From assembly GCF_009914755.1 (NCBI RefSeq), contig NC_060927.1: a DNA stretch of 64,000 nucleotides. One strand, given 5' to 3'. Below the pieces are notes generated by a model. It did no database searches. It was not told the DNA's origin and worked only from the letters and a program-made list of their open reading frames with translations. Position numbers and translations under genes: made by a program. Each line of letters begins with the position of its first letter. The first letter of the stretch is position 1. This DNA is from the human T2T-CHM13v2.0 reference genome, Homo sapiens. Positions 21,938 through 38,639 of the stretch are shown here, one piece after another.

Positions 21938-22671
21938 AGTTAAATAAAAAGCATATATAAACTCTATGTTTTGTGCCATTTAAATTTTGATCAAGTTTGT
22001 ACATCATCTGAAGACTGTTGGTAGATGCAGACTATATAAAGTAGTTATCATAAAACCCACCAATGGTTATGAAAACCTTCCTAGCTAACGACGTTACTGT
22101 ATTTCTTACAAACAGAGGTATATAAACGTTTTTGTTTTACAGGTTGGAAAACTGAGATTAAAAATCCCTTACTTTTTGCCTGCATCACTCTATCTCATCT
22201 TGCACAATACTTGAGCCATCTCCATATGAAATCTCGGCAATAAATGACATTGTTGACCATGCCCTATTTCCCTAAACTCTCTCCAAAAACATTTATGAAG
22301 TTAGTTATATACAAGTGAGGTTGGTCTTTTTCAATATCAGGACTATTAAGATATCAGGACAGTTAGGAGATAGGTAACTAAATGAGATCAACAAGGGATT
22401 AATATGTAGGCTATACCAGAAACACCTGGATATTGATAAGAAAATGATATCAATACCAACGGGAGAAAGTGAGCAAAGGATATAAACAGGCAATTTTTGG
22501 AGGAGAAAATTTTTATAAGTCTAACAGGCATATAAATACTTCAATTCATTAGTAGTAGAAGAATTATACACCACCTCTCTCCAAATTCTTACACAGGTCC
22601 ACAAATAACTATGTACATGGATATTCTTTGCAACATTATTTGGATGATGGAAAGCTGGAAGCAATCTATTT

Positions 22672-23024
22672 CAGGGGTCCCCAACTTGATCCCACAAGCT
22701 CTATTGTGAACTGTACATTTGAGGGATCTAGGTTGTGTGCTCCTTAAGAAAATCTCATGCCTGATGATCTCTCACTGTCTCCCATTATCCCCAGATGGGA
22801 CAATCTAGTCGCAGGAAAACAAGCTTAGGGCTCCCAATGATCCTACATTATGGTTAGTTGTATAATTATTTTTTTACATTACAATGTAATAGTAATAGAA
22901 ATAAAGTGCACAATAAATGTAATGCACTTGAATCTCCCTGAAACCATCTACCCACCTGCAGTCTGTGGAAAAACTTGTTTTCCACAAAACTGGTCCCTGG
23001 TGCCAAAAAGATTGTGGACTGCTG
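22672..23024 (+). mobile_element. MER1A-type hAT-Charlie DNA transposon, internally deleted
   Basis: CAGGGGTCCCCAAC start. Ends AAACTGGTCCCTGGTGCCAAAAAGATTGTGGACTGCTG. Degenerate 8-bp TSD ATCTATTT/ATCTCTGT. Confidence 0.88.
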
Positions 23025-23292
23025 ATCTCTGTGACCTTCAGTACGAGAGTAGAAGCATATCTTTGAGGACAATGCCTCAAGTAAAATAATGGATTATAAG
23101 CATATGGCAACAGAACTGGACCTAAAAATCAGACATGCAATACCACCTACATAACTTAAGAATATATGATTACAAAGATACATTTCATATTTTGTTAGAA
23201 CATAGAGAAGTAAAAAGATACACAGTAAACAATATGAATGACTGTAGTGGAAAGGAGAAACAGTGTAAACCATGTGGATAAAGACAAACAAT

Positions 23293-24930
23293 GGGATCAA
23301 GATGATGCTGGCCTCATACAATGAGTTGAGGAGGAGTCCCTCCTCTCAATTTTTCGGAATAGTTTCTCTAGGAATGGTACCAGCTCTTCTTTGTACATCT
23401 GGTAGAATTTGGCTGTGAATCTATCAGATCCTGGGCTTTTTTTGATTGGTAGGCTACTTATTACTGATTCAGTTTTGGAACTCATTATTGGTCTGTTCAG
23501 GGAACAAATAGCCAGGAAAAAACTGAATCAATTTCTTCCTGGCTCAGTCTTGGGAGGGTGTATGTGTCCAGGAATTTTTCCATCTCTTCTAAGTTTTCTA
23601 GTCTGTGTGCATACAGGTGTTCATAGTAGCTTCTCATGGCTGTTTTTATTTCTGTGTAGTCAGTAGTAACATTCCCTTTGTCATTTCTAATTGTGTTTAT
23701 TTGAATTTTCTCTTTTTTCTTCTTTATTATTCTAGCTAATGTCCCATCTATTTTACTATTTCTTTCAAAAAACCAACTCCTGGATTCATTGACCTTTTGA
23801 ATACTTTGTTGTGTCTTGATTTCCTTCAGGTCAGCTCTGATTTTTGTTATTTCTTGCCTTCTGCTAGCTTTGGGGTTGATTTGCTCTTGCTGCTCTAATT
23901 CTTTCTGTTGTGAAGTCAGGTTGTTAATTTGAGATCTTTCTAACTTTTTGATGTGTGTATTTAGTGCTATGAATTTCCCTCTTAACACTGTTTTAGCTGT
24001 GTCCCAGATATTCTGGTATGTTGTATCTTTGTTCTCATTATTTTCAAAGAACTTCTTGATTTCTTCCTTAATTTCATTATTTACCCAGAAATTATTCAGG
24101 AACATGTTGTTTAATTTCCATGTAATTGCATGGTTTTAAGAGATTTTTATAGTCTTGACTTCCATTTTTATTGTGCTGTAGTCTGAGAGTGTGTTTGGTA
24201 GGATTTTGATTCTTTTACATTTGCTGAGGATTGTTTAATGTCCAATTATATAGTTGATTTTAGAGTATGTGCCATGTGGCAATGAGAAAAATGTATATTC
24301 TGTAGTTTTGGATGGAGAGTTCTGTAAAGTCTCTCAGATCCATTTGGTCCAATGTTGAGTTTAGGTCCTGAATATCTTTCCTAATATTCTTCCTCAATGA
24401 TCCATCTAATACTGTCAGTGACATGTTGAAGTCTCCCACTATTATTGTATGTGAGTCTATGTCTCTTGGTAGGTCTCTGTTAACTTGCTTTACGAATCTG
24501 AGTGCTCCTGAGTTAGGTGCATATATATTTAGGATAATTAAGACTTCTTGTTAAATCAAATCCTTTAGTCTTATGTAATGCCCTTCTTTGTCTTTTTTGA
24601 CTTTGTTGGTTTAAAGTCTGTTTTGTCTGAAATCAGAATTGCAACCTGCGCTTTTTTATGTTTTTCTTTTGCCTGGTAGATTTTCCTCCATCCCTTTATT
24701 TCCACCCTGTGAGTGTCATCAAGTGTGAGATGGGTCTCTTGAAGACAGCATACCATTAAGTCTTGCTTTTTTATCCAGCTTGCCACTCTGTGACTTTGAA
24801 GTGGGCTATTTAGCCCATTTACATTCAAGGTTAGTAATTATATGTGTGGATTGTCACTGTACTGTTAGCTGGTCATTATGTTGGCTTGATTGTGTGGTTG
24901 CTTTACAGTGACACTATTCTGTGTGTTTAA
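23293..24930 (-). mobile_element. Inverted 5' segment of an older L1PA (PA13-15-type): ORF2 N-terminal third
   Basis: Minus-strand ORF2 peptides NVNGLNSP..., [16 protein letters not shown]... and YEASIILIP, ending where the plus segment begins. Confidence 0.93.
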
Positions 24931-27927
<2,997 letters not shown>

Positions 27928-28099
27928 GTGCGGAAACAATAAATCAAAGAAACACTCTTCCCACACACATCTGCAAACTGTTTCTTTCTCTCGATTATCA
28001 GTCTTCTAACCCCCTTTACCTGAGTAACATTATAACTACTTTCCCTCTATCTTCTTTTACTTTTCTTCTCTCCATTTTTTCTACCTTGGACACAGTGAC

Positions 28100-28605
28100 T
28101 TTTAAGACTCCAAATCTCTTCATTATATTTCCTTTATAAAAGTTCTAATACTTTAGCTCTTTAGATAACAATTGAATCCTTAGCACAACCATACACTATC
28201 TGGCTGCTGCCTACAGTTCCAGCCTCATGCTGGGTATTCTGGTCCTTGGCAACACTCTGATACCTTTAAGTCAATGCCTGTGTCTAGAACATTCTTCCCT
28301 CATCTCCTCATCTATTAACTTATATTTATTTTTTAGTTCCTCACTCAGAGTCCTCTCTATACAACCAACTAGAACAGTTCCCTTTGGTATGCTCACAAGA
28401 GTACCCAACAATGATTCTTCATATCACTGACCACAGGGTATAAGTGGATCTAGGAAATGTTTTCATAATTTCTATTTTTACCAGATTTTTAGGCTCCTTG
28501 GAGTTCGGGATTCTATTTGTTTGCTCACCATCATATTCAATGAACTTGACAGATTTCCAGGCACATAGCTGGCTCTCCGTAATTATCTCTTCAATTAATA
28601 AATAA
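28100..28605 (+). mobile_element. L2 remnant (3' end)
   Basis: CCAGGCACATAGCTGGCTCTCCGTAATTAT...AATAAAT motif and upstream TGCCTGTGTCTAGAACATTCTTCCC. Confidence 0.55.
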
Positions 28606-29419
28606 GTGTAAAAATTCTTGCCTTAAGGACAATATTGGACATCTGCTTTCATCACTTAAAAACAAGAGATTTATAGAAGGAAGTTTAGAATAATAGTAAT
28701 AATAAAAAGGTTATGAGTCAGAGAAAGAAAGATGTTCAAAAGGGAAAAAGTTTAAATGAAATCAAAACATACACAGCACACTTTACTTCTAGATTTAAGT
28801 ATTAAATGTTTATCATAACTATGAGAAAACAAAGAGCATCATGTATCTATTTTACATTTCTCTCTTCATAATTTCAGTATAATTCCATAACTGTTGGAAA
28901 CAAGTTTTAAAATTGCATTCCACATGGCAGCCTTTAAACAATAATGTTTTTTCTGAAACAATGCCAGGAGATTTTACATCACAGATGTCTATGTACCCAA
29001 AGATTCATTGTGCAGAAACTTATTCCAAAATATTCCCTTTAAAATTTGCTTATGCATTTCCTTATGTAAACAAGTGAAGGCAGTCAGACATAAGAGAAGA
29101 ATGAGAATGTTGCTACATTTTTAAGTATACAGCATCTGTTGTATTAAAATAAATACAACATCTGTTTTTTAATTCTGTGTCATTAAAACTAGCCTACAGG
29201 AAACCTCAGGGAGTAAACTGTAAGTGGTATACCCCATACACACATATTTAATAATGACTAGCACACAGGGAACCTGTACATTTGCAAAGAAAATCAATGT
29301 CAATGTTTCCTATTCAAACTAATTTGGCCATAGGGAGGAATCCTCAGAAATAGGATATTTGTTATTCAGAAGCCAGACTGAGCCTAGATGAGTTTTCAAA
29401 AACAAAATCTAATCAGGGT

Positions 29420-29610
29420 GCTTTTTGTGCCAGGTGCTTTACAAACATTATGTCATTTAATAATCATCCCTTAAGGTATATATAATTATCAACATTTACA
29501 GAGGAAGGAACTGAGACTCAGATATATTGAATAATTAACCAGAATAGATGCAGTTAGGTAACAGTGGGGTTGGACTTGAACTCAGGTATAACTCCAAATT
29601 CTTCCCGTTG
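29420..29610 (-). mobile_element. MIR SINE
   Basis: TGTGCCAGGTGCTTTACA...CATTTACAGAGGAAGGAACTGAGACTCAGA core. Confidence 0.75.
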
Positions 29611-30289
29611 TCCACTCAGGCCTACTTGACAGCATTCTTCCTCTCTTCTTTAAATTTCAATCTTTCTCAGCCTGTGACTATCCCAGTCTCTAAATCCTTC
29701 TCAGGATGTTATTCCTCCCAACAATTTCCCTCTGCTCAACTTTGTGCACTTTCACTGTAGTTACTGTGATAGACATTACAAACTTGGAAATTCACTGCTT
29801 TGTAGGTATCCTTCTAATTAAAGGTAGTCTAACTAAAGGGTAAGTAACTTGAGACTAATTTCTATTTCTTTGTTCTCTTTCTCCTTTACACTTTTTGGTC
29901 ATGGAATAACTTGGGCAAGCATTTACCTATTAATGTTAAAGGCTAACATGTGAATAGTTGGAAGAATAACATAATAAATGACAATGTATCATTTCCAAAA
30001 TTCTGGTGCATATATTAACTTATTTAAGCATCCTTTTCAGCTCAATGTGACTTCAACGTTTTCTAAATGAAATTAAACCAACAAAAGGGGCCCCCCATGT
30101 GGAGTTTGCCTCATTAATTAAGGACTGTGATTAATTAAGGACAAATCCCAAGCTAATCCCAAACAGGCCTCTCCTACTTGATATCCATGTGCATTTTTTC
30201 CTTACTAAATGAAACTGGAGAAGAGATTTTTCTTCCAAAGACCAAGCCCATCATAGACTTTCCTCATCTCGACCTTCTTGAGCTTGGGA

Positions 30290-30460
30290 TTCCAGCATAT
30301 GTTTATTTAATCTAAATAGTCTTCTGTAAATTATTTAAGTTCACTTCAGTGTGCTCACCCATGAAAGTTTGTAGTAATGCATAATGAGATATCTTCAAGG
30401 ATTAAATGAGATTAATTAGACCAGACAGGTTATAGGGAAAATTCTTAGTCAATGTTAAGT
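30290..30460 (+). mobile_element. MIR SINE remnant
   Basis: AATTATTTAAG...CTTCAGTGTGCTCACC...AGGATTAAATGAGAT. Confidence 0.55.
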
Positions 30461-31122
30461 TTCTTTCTTTTACCTTCTCTTAGACTTTCTAATTTATTCT
30501 AAGTTCTCATCAGTTCTTGCTCTTTTTCCCTAGTTCCCTTTTTTTCTAGCTATTTATTTCTTCACTAATATCCTTCAAACTTGATCTGCTTATTTTGAAT
30601 AAATTCTGCAGCCTCAAGGCTTTCTATAACTGAACTCTCCTATCAGCCTCCTATTTCTTTCCCTTACTTTAGAAACTTTGTAGCCTGGAACTTTATCTCG
30701 AAGAATAAATTTCTAAAATGGGTAGGTTGTGGTTACATAACTCATCTTGAATTTGAGCATGCCGAAAACCTTCATTAAATTCATATGTCCTGCTGTGAGA
30801 AGATAGAGCCATTCTTTTCCTCTCAACATTACCATAAAAGGGCATCATGTCTCCATTTAATTAGAGTCCACTACCCCTGTCTCTAGCCAAGCTAGAGATA
30901 TTTTCAAATCTACCATGATTTTTGAAACATGGTGTGGCTTGCTATAAGACTCACTTTCAGTAAACTTGATATTTGGGTATATACTATATAAATTATAACA
31001 GTAAGAAAATCTAGGAGAATAATTATGGGAAATATTCAGAAATGGTCATAAGGAATAACTATAATCATTGGTAGTAGGGTATAATGCTTAAGCTTAATGG
31101 TAATGTCAATGGCATTGTGATT

Positions 31123-31629
31123 GTGTTGGTTTGGAAATATGGCCCCCAAATCCTTTTGACCCTCTTCCCATCAAGGGCTCTATGTCCTTTACCCTTAAAT
31201 TTGGGCTCTGTGACTTCTTGAATCATAGAATATGCCAAAGTGACATCGTTCAATTTTCTAGGCCAGGCAACCAAAAATTGGTAACTTCCATTTCTTCTTT
31301 CTTAGTACATTTGCTCTTGGATCCCATCCACCACGCTGTGAGGAAGCCAAATTACCTCATGAAGATGCCCTCAAGGAGCTGAACCAAAGGCTCTGGCCCA
31401 TAGCCTTACGGATCTCCAAGTTGAAAGTCAGCACCAACCTGCTAGTCATAAGAGTGAGTCATCTTGACAGTAGATCCTCCAGCCTCCAACAGATGCCCTG
31501 TGGAGCAGAGAGGAGTCATTCCTATCAAACCCTGAAAAATTCTAGATCTCTAATAAAATAAATTATTGATACTATCTGAGCAATTAAGTTTTGGGGTGAT
31601 TTGTTAGGTATCAATACATAATTGGAACA
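31123..31629 (+). mobile_element. MLT1 (G/H-type) MaLR solo LTR
   Basis: TG start; CCACCACGCTGTGAGGAAGCC; ends AAGTTTTGGGGTGATTTGTTA..CAATACATAATTGGAACA. Confidence 0.8.
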
Positions 31630-31791
31630 GGAAAACATGCAAAGGGATATCAGTGCTGCCTAAGGTTGGGGAAGTGAATATTATCATGGGGAGAGCTCTG
31701 TGTCCTCTGTGCTCCCTACATCTAAATTGGCTTTGAATGTTTCAGCCTAACATCCATATGTATCCTAACTTCCATATGGATATGAAAGTTA

Positions 31792-31965
31792 AACAGACAC
31801 ACACATTAAACAAGGTTATGTATTGGTCAGTTGATGAAAATGTGACAAGAGGCTCACAAGAACCTAAGCCTGTATTTCTCCTAGAAACAATGGTTCAGTA
31901 ATAGTAAATTCAGCATTCATGGAGACTTTATAAAACATAACTATCATGAACAAGAATCAACTGTA
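31792..31965 (+). mobile_element. Tigger4-type (TcMar) DNA transposon end
   Basis: GAACCTAAGCCTGTATTTCTCCTAGAAACAATGGTTCAGTA...GAATCAACTG followed by TA. Confidence 0.75.
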
Positions 31966-33044
31966 TCTATTCCAATCTAACATCTCAATGATTCTGCCTA
32001 ATTTGCAGATATGTATGTACATGCACACACACACACATAAAAGACAACATGATAATATAGGAAATCATTGATATAAACCATGAATCATCAGCCCTGATTC
32101 TATTTGGTCTTTTATCATATACAATTTATTAAAATATATGAAAAAGTACAAGTGCTATTTTATGGACAGACTCACTAATATGGTGTCCAAGTAACCTGTT
32201 TCTCAGTCATCTGCACCACATATAAATTATGTTATCCACACTTTAACTTTTGAATAAGGCATTGTTCTCTGGATGAGAAATGAGGATAAATCATGACTTC
32301 CTACATATAATGTGAACTTAATAAAAACTATGTTAAATTGAAATACATCTGATTAGATAAATACAAGGCAAAGATGGTGTGGGTGGATTGAATGTGGGTG
32401 CTCTAAATAGACTGGTTAATACTCCAAACCCTTAGCTGTGATTAAAGTTTTTTCTACCACTCATTCACTCTTTTCTTTTAGTCACTGATAAATCTCATAG
32501 GTCCACTGCCAGGAGAAGACCTCCTTCTGAATATGTGATGATTATATGATGAAAAATCTGCAGTCCCAAATGTTAACTTGTGTTTCATTTTCTAAATCTA
32601 AACTCAAAATCCTTTAGAGTTGGTTCATGGCAGCTGAAGGATTGGAAACAGAGAAACACTTAAATCTAACTTTTTCTGCATGAGCTACAAGTAATCATTT
32701 ACCCTCTGCTCTCTCTTCCAGATGTTCCTAATCACTCCTCATCCTCCTCCCTCCTGCCACACTGAACTTTTTAATGTGCAGCATACTGGAGAGAAAACGA
32801 GTACTTTGGTCAGACAAGGAAACAGAGCTGAACATGGAAAAAAGAACCATATTCTAATTTTAAAGAAAGTGGCTCCGCAGAATCTTAAATTTTCCAAGCT
32901 GTGGGGCCTTTATTGTGCTAGGAAAAAAAAGGGAAAATAATACACAAAACTGAATCTATTATATTTTCCCTTAATGGCAAATCTTGATAAAAGAAAATGG
33001 AACTTTAGAATGGAAGGAGCATCTGGGCTCATTTTCTAATGAAA

Positions 33045-33145
33045 TATCTTTACAAATGAGAAACCTAAGGGTCAGAGAGAAAATGTGACTTGCCCAAGCT
33101 CTCACAGCTTTCCATGACAGAAGTAGAATCTAAGTCTTGATGCTT
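33045..33145 (-). mobile_element. MIR core
   Basis: TTTACAAATGAGAAACCTAAGGGTCAGAGA...GTGACTTGCCCAAG. Confidence 0.7.
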
Positions 33146-34499
33146 ATATTTTAGTATAACTAAGTCAGGTAATAGCAGAGAACACTCAGAAACTTTAACA
33201 GTATGTCAATTTCTTGGACTATAATGTTGATGACTGTTTTAGGATTGATTATTTTAAAGATACAGAAATATTTTTTCTGTCCTTTTTTTTGGCAACAACA
33301 GAGCGTGCTTTTTTCTCTCCTCATTATTCTGTGGGGAAATTTTGTGAAATTCTGTCCAGTAAAACTGACTGAGGCAGTTGGGAGAATGACCACTGCCTTC
33401 ATGTAGTAACAGAAGCAATAATCTCTAGTGAGAAGACAATTGGTTGCAGGCAAGTCTCACTGGTACTATGATAGGGGACCCAGATACATTAGAGAAAAGC
33501 AAATTAACATGACCCCCAGGTCTCTGGAGTCATATAAGACGCTAAGTCTAAGTCATATAAGTCCCTTATAACTTCATAGTCATAAGGGACTTGAAGCCTA
33601 TGTGAGTTCATTGTTATGTGATGGAGAGTGGAGCAATGGAGCAAGGAAGAATGAGTGGAAAACTGTTTGGTGTTTAACTAATGTGCTCATAGAAAACCTG
33701 ATAATTTTTGGCTAGTTCAAAGTTGTGTCTGACCTGAAGCAACTGTTATTGCCTACTGACTAGAGTTCTTTGTGGAGGTTATATGATTCACTTGAAGTGT
33801 TTTCCAATACCAAATTGGTTAGCTAATTTAAATAAGGAACCAGATATGTTATTTCTTCCCCAGACTTCTTTCAACAAAAGCTAATTTTCTTTCCTTCCTC
33901 CTATCCAAAACACAACTAATAAAATTGGAAATTCTTAATAATTTAGAGAAACTCAGGAGAACCCCTTAGAAGTATAAAGTATCAATAGGACATAATCTGT
34001 GACTCATGGTTAAAATATGCTTAGTCAGTGTTCAGGGGCTCTGTGTGGCACCACTCCAACGACATCGTTTGTAACATTTTTGCACAAATGGAGCAAGACT
34101 ATTAGTCTGGTTTGATGAAACACAAATCTGAAGAGATGGGATAATGGAGTAGTATCACAAATCAAGAAAGCCTGAACTATGTGAAAAACCTCGACCCATA
34201 TAAGAAAAATATGAAGAAAAACAAGTTAATCAGAAAAAATGAGAGCCATAATAAATTATCTAGTTTGGGGAGAATGCATAACATTCTCGAGTCCAGCAGG
34301 AGGGACATATGTCATATTTATACCTCAGGATCACAAAAATGGCAGAATTGAATCATGGCAGCAAGGAGGACCTCAGATACCTATTCTTGAAATCTCCAGT
34401 AGATCCCTTGTTGGGTTCTTTATTTCCACCTTTCTCGATCATGTCTACATCTATTCCTCATCTGGAGTCAAAGTTAACTTGAGAAATATTCCCTGCCTT

Positions 34500-34960
34500 T
34501 CCATCTCCTGCCCACTCTTGAACCTTGATTCCCACCACTGCATTCTTGATTCCCTATGTTCAGCTCTTTGGCCTTCTTCCTCTTCCTAGAAGATGCAAAG
34601 ACTATTCACACTTTGGGGCTTGTGCACTTGCTATTGCTCCGTGTGGAATATTCTACCCTAAGGCATTTTTATGGTTTAATCCCTCTTGGAATTTGGCTCT
34701 CAGCTTAAGTGTTACTTCTTTAGTGAGGCCTTTCCTAAGCATCTAATTTAATGTAATGGATATAACTCCTTACCCATAACTTTCTGTCATATTATGGTAA
34801 TTTACTTTGTTTATAGAACCTGTAATTAGCTGAAATTATTTTGACTTTTTTTGTTTATTATGTCCTCTGTCTCCTCTCTCTGTCACGTTCTCTGCTATAT
34901 TTTTCTTAACAAGAGCCTTACGCGACACATAGTAAGTACTCTTTATATATTTAATGTGAA
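34500..34960 (+). mobile_element. L2 remnant
   Basis: GGGCTTGTGCACTTGCTATTGCTCC...CTCAGCTTAAGTGTTACTTCTTTAGTGAGGCCTTTCCT...CACATAGTAAGTACTC. Confidence 0.7.
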
Positions 34961-35049
34961 AATCAAGTTACCTGACTAACCCTGAGGTTGCTTTGCTAAT
35001 AATTTCATCTCTTAATGAGTCCATAAATAACCAAAAGGAGTTGCTAATT

Positions 35050-36680
35050 TGAATTTAATTCTTAGCAACAAGGGAAAACTGACTGAGTCAACGGACGTGA
35101 AAGTAACTTTGGAGAATGTGAACAATGTTCTTGGAATTTATAATAAAGCTGTGGAAAGCAATCCTGGGGGACAGCCAGATATCTACTCTGGACTTTAGGA
35201 AAGCAGGCCTCAAAAAGTGTAAGACAAATTAGGAATGACTACATGGCTAGAGATTCAAAAGAGAAGACTGCTTCAGGAGATGAAAGAATAACAATAACAT
35301 TTTGATAATACAGTTACTGATTACATTTTTTAAAACAAACAGAAATTGGAACCCTAGGTACTGTCTGGGATGAGGTCATTTTTAAAAAGACATGTACAAA
35401 AGTCAGAATAAACAGTGTATAGCCAAAAATAAAAATATAAGAGTTCCATAAACCATAAAAATATAAGAGTTCCATAAACCATAAACTCTTATAAAAATAT
35501 AAGAGTTCCATAAACCATCAAGTTGAAAATAGGCTGTGGAAAACAAAATACAAAATACAGAACTTAAATGATTTTTTTAAAAATTAAAGTTTGCTCTTCC
35601 CACAGTGAAAAGAACATGTAGAATCAAATTTATTTGGGAGAGACAGTGTAACATTAGTATAACGCTAAACTCATTGTTTTATTCCAACTTTTATATATAG
35701 AGAAAGATATTCAATCCAAAAAAAGAAGAAATATGGAGAAGAGGAAAATAAGGCACAAGATAAAATAAGACAAATTAATGGGGAGATCAATGTAGCCCAG
35801 AGTATTAAAACAACTTGAAGTAACACAATGTTTACATTGAATAACATTGAATAGCAAGGAGACAAAAAAGGAGCCTTATCTTAAAGTTCACAATGAATAA
35901 AATGAATTTTTGAAACTAGAGACCTATTAGTTTGTGTCTTTCATGATAAAGTTCTAAAGCATGTTATTAGGGCTAGATGGGGGTGTATTCCGTGAACTAG
36001 GAACATGGCATTATGTTAATATAAATAAATCCAAACAACTGTTAAATGGGTTTTCTTACACAAATAAGCTTGAAAAATGTTGGATTAATTGAAATTAAAG
36101 AAGATTTTCCTTTATTTACTGCAAGATTCGCAGTTTATAACATGCAATCTGCACTGAGACTTTCCAAGAAAAGGCAGATCATATGTGGTGTTTTTAGAAT
36201 CTCATGGAACTAGTATCTTAAAGAACATACTTTGGGAAACAGTGTTCTGGTGACATGCTGCAGGGTTTTATACTTTCATATATTGTGCTCCACACTTTTG
36301 CTATTAACTTAAACAAGGACAAGATGGCCTGCTTATCACATCTACAGCCAACACAAAGCTAGGAGAGACAGTTAATATGATGGATGGCTAAATCAAGTTT
36401 AAAAAAATATTATGACAGATTGGAATATTGGGCTGAAACTAACAAGATAATAGCGGTCTCCAAAATTATCTCATATGTACAAGACAGGAGACACCTGGCT
36501 TAATAATAGTCATTTCTATCAACAAAATCTAGAGAGCTACAAACTCAGTATGAGCCAACAGTGTGTTGCCTTTGCAACAAAAACAATGTAGTAAAACTGT
36601 TATACTGGGATGTCTTAACAGAAGAAAAGGGCTTAGAGGAATTCCTAACTCCGTTGTCTTCAGTACTGGTCAGGCAACAT
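35050..36680 (+). mobile_element. Fragmented CR1/L3 LINE relic with intervening sequence
   Basis: CTGGACTTTAGGAAAGCAG (about 35190). ACACAAAGCTAGGAGAG, a decayed 'DDTKLGG' RT motif (about 36350). GAATATTGGGCTGAAACTAACAAGAT. Confidence 0.6.
35429..35516. repeat. 26-bp tandem triplication with a 10-bp interruption
   Basis: ATAAAAATATAAGAGTTCCATAAACC at 35429, 35455 and 35491; spacer ATAAACTCTT. Confidence 0.95.
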
Positions 36681-36813
36681 TTGGAAGGTGGAGTGATGGA
36701 AATATGCTCAGTGGAAAGCTACTGCACCTATCATTAGCCATTAAGACCTGCATTCTACATTAACTAAACTCTAAGTCAACCTTAATAGACGCCTACTATA
36801 AAGAATAACTCTT

Positions 36814-37158
<345 letters not shown>

Positions 37159-37289
37159 TCAAGAGGAATAAAAAATTGCTAATTCACATTAAAAACTGAT
37201 TTTACTCAAGAGGAAAAGAAAACATAAAGAATAAAATACCAGAAGTCATCATCAGTCCTAAATAATGTTTCTACTTATTGATCACCCCA

Positions 37290-37450
37290 TAGGTACACAT
37301 ATTGCTTCTAATCCTCAGAAAAACTCTGCAAGGTAGATATTATTAATCCCTATCAACAGATGAGGAACTGGGAATGTCCATGTAATGCCAGCCAGTAAGT
37401 CACTGAACCTGAGTACAAACTCAAATTTGTCTGACTCTTGTGCTCGTGAT
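37290..37450 (-). mobile_element. MIR SINE
   Basis: TAATCCTCA...AGGTAGATATTATTAATCCC...ACAGATGAGGAACTG. Confidence 0.7.
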
Positions 37451-37900
37451 ATTTCCTCTACAGCACTCAATCTTCTGCTAGGGAAAGGAAGGCAGACTTG
37501 GTCAGATTGTCCTTTTCCATGCATCAATCTCTATTTTATAATAGAAAAAAATCACAGAATGTAAATTCCTCAAGGAAAATGACCCTACTTTATACCATTC
37601 CTACCCACTCCCACTGCTACCAGTATAGCAATAATATAGTATATAGTAAGCAATTTAATCCAATTCAAAAAACATTGATTCATTCAGCAAATATTTATGA
37701 AAAGTCTACCATGTGCAGGCACTATTGTTGGCCATGAAGATACAACAATGAAAAAAACATGCAAATTCCCAGACCTCATGAAGCTGATTTCATAACAGGA
37801 GAAATTACAATGCCATGAGAAGCATATGAAAGATATGTTTATTCTTGGCCACTTCATAAAAATTATTTAAAATTGCCCATTAAATAATTGTTTTTAGGAC

Positions 37901-38639
37901 TGTGGATTAATTTCTATTGCTGTGTGACAATTGGCCACAATCTGTAAAACAACACTTATTTATAATCTCACCATTTCCATGGGTCAGGAATCTAGCACCA
38001 CGCAGCTGAGTTCTCTGCTCAGAGTCTCACATAGCTGAAATCAAGGTGTTGCCTTGGGATGCTGCCTCACCTGAAGCTTATGGTTCTTTTCCAGGCTCAT
38101 TCAGAGTGTTGCCAGAATTCAGTTCGGAGATTGTAACACTGAAGTCCCTGTGTTCTTGACTGATGTCTAGGAGGCCCCTTCTTGATTAATGTGAAGGAGC
38201 TCCTAGAGGATATCTGCCATTCCCCAACATGTTGGCTCTCTCTCAACATGGCAGGTGCCCATTTAGGGCTAACAAGAAAAGGTCTCTGCTGCTTCCAATT
38301 TCTGACTTCTGTCCTTGACCTCTAGAGTCAAATTTACAGGACTCGGGTGATCAGGTCAGACCCACCCAGATCATCTCTGTTTTGATTAACTCAAAGTCAG
38401 TTGATCAGTAAATTTAAGTACATCTACAAAATCTTCAGTAATTAAAATCAAAGTTTACAGTGATTAAACTCCATCATTAAAATTAGTAATCTTATCTCTT
38501 CAGAAATCTATTTTGCTATATAATATAACATAATCAGAGGAGTGATAGCTCATCATATTTTCATCCATCCATGCTCAAGGGAAGGAGACTACACAAGCAC
38601 GAGTCATTTGGGGCTCATCTTAGAATTCTGCCAATCACA
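37901..38639 (-). mobile_element. MLT1 (D/E-type) MaLR LTR
   Basis: TTTCTATTGCTGTGTGACAA...GGGTCAGGAATCTAGCAC...ATCTTAGAATTCTGCCAATCACA. Confidence 0.8.

Noticed and set aside
28785-28932. Possible minus-strand coding exons (GCHVECNFKTCFQQLWNY...)
   Set aside because: Weak donors, an implied intron of only about 37 nt, and an unrecognised peptide.
30113-30142. ATTAATTAAGGAC direct repeat as paired homeodomain sites
   Set aside because: A 13-bp AT-rich micro-duplication with no independent support for function.
35429-35516. CRISPR-like array (26-bp repeats); likewise 14358-14437 and 63148-63244
   Set aside because: The repeats are directly adjacent with no unique spacers, there are no cas genes, and the context is primate DNA.
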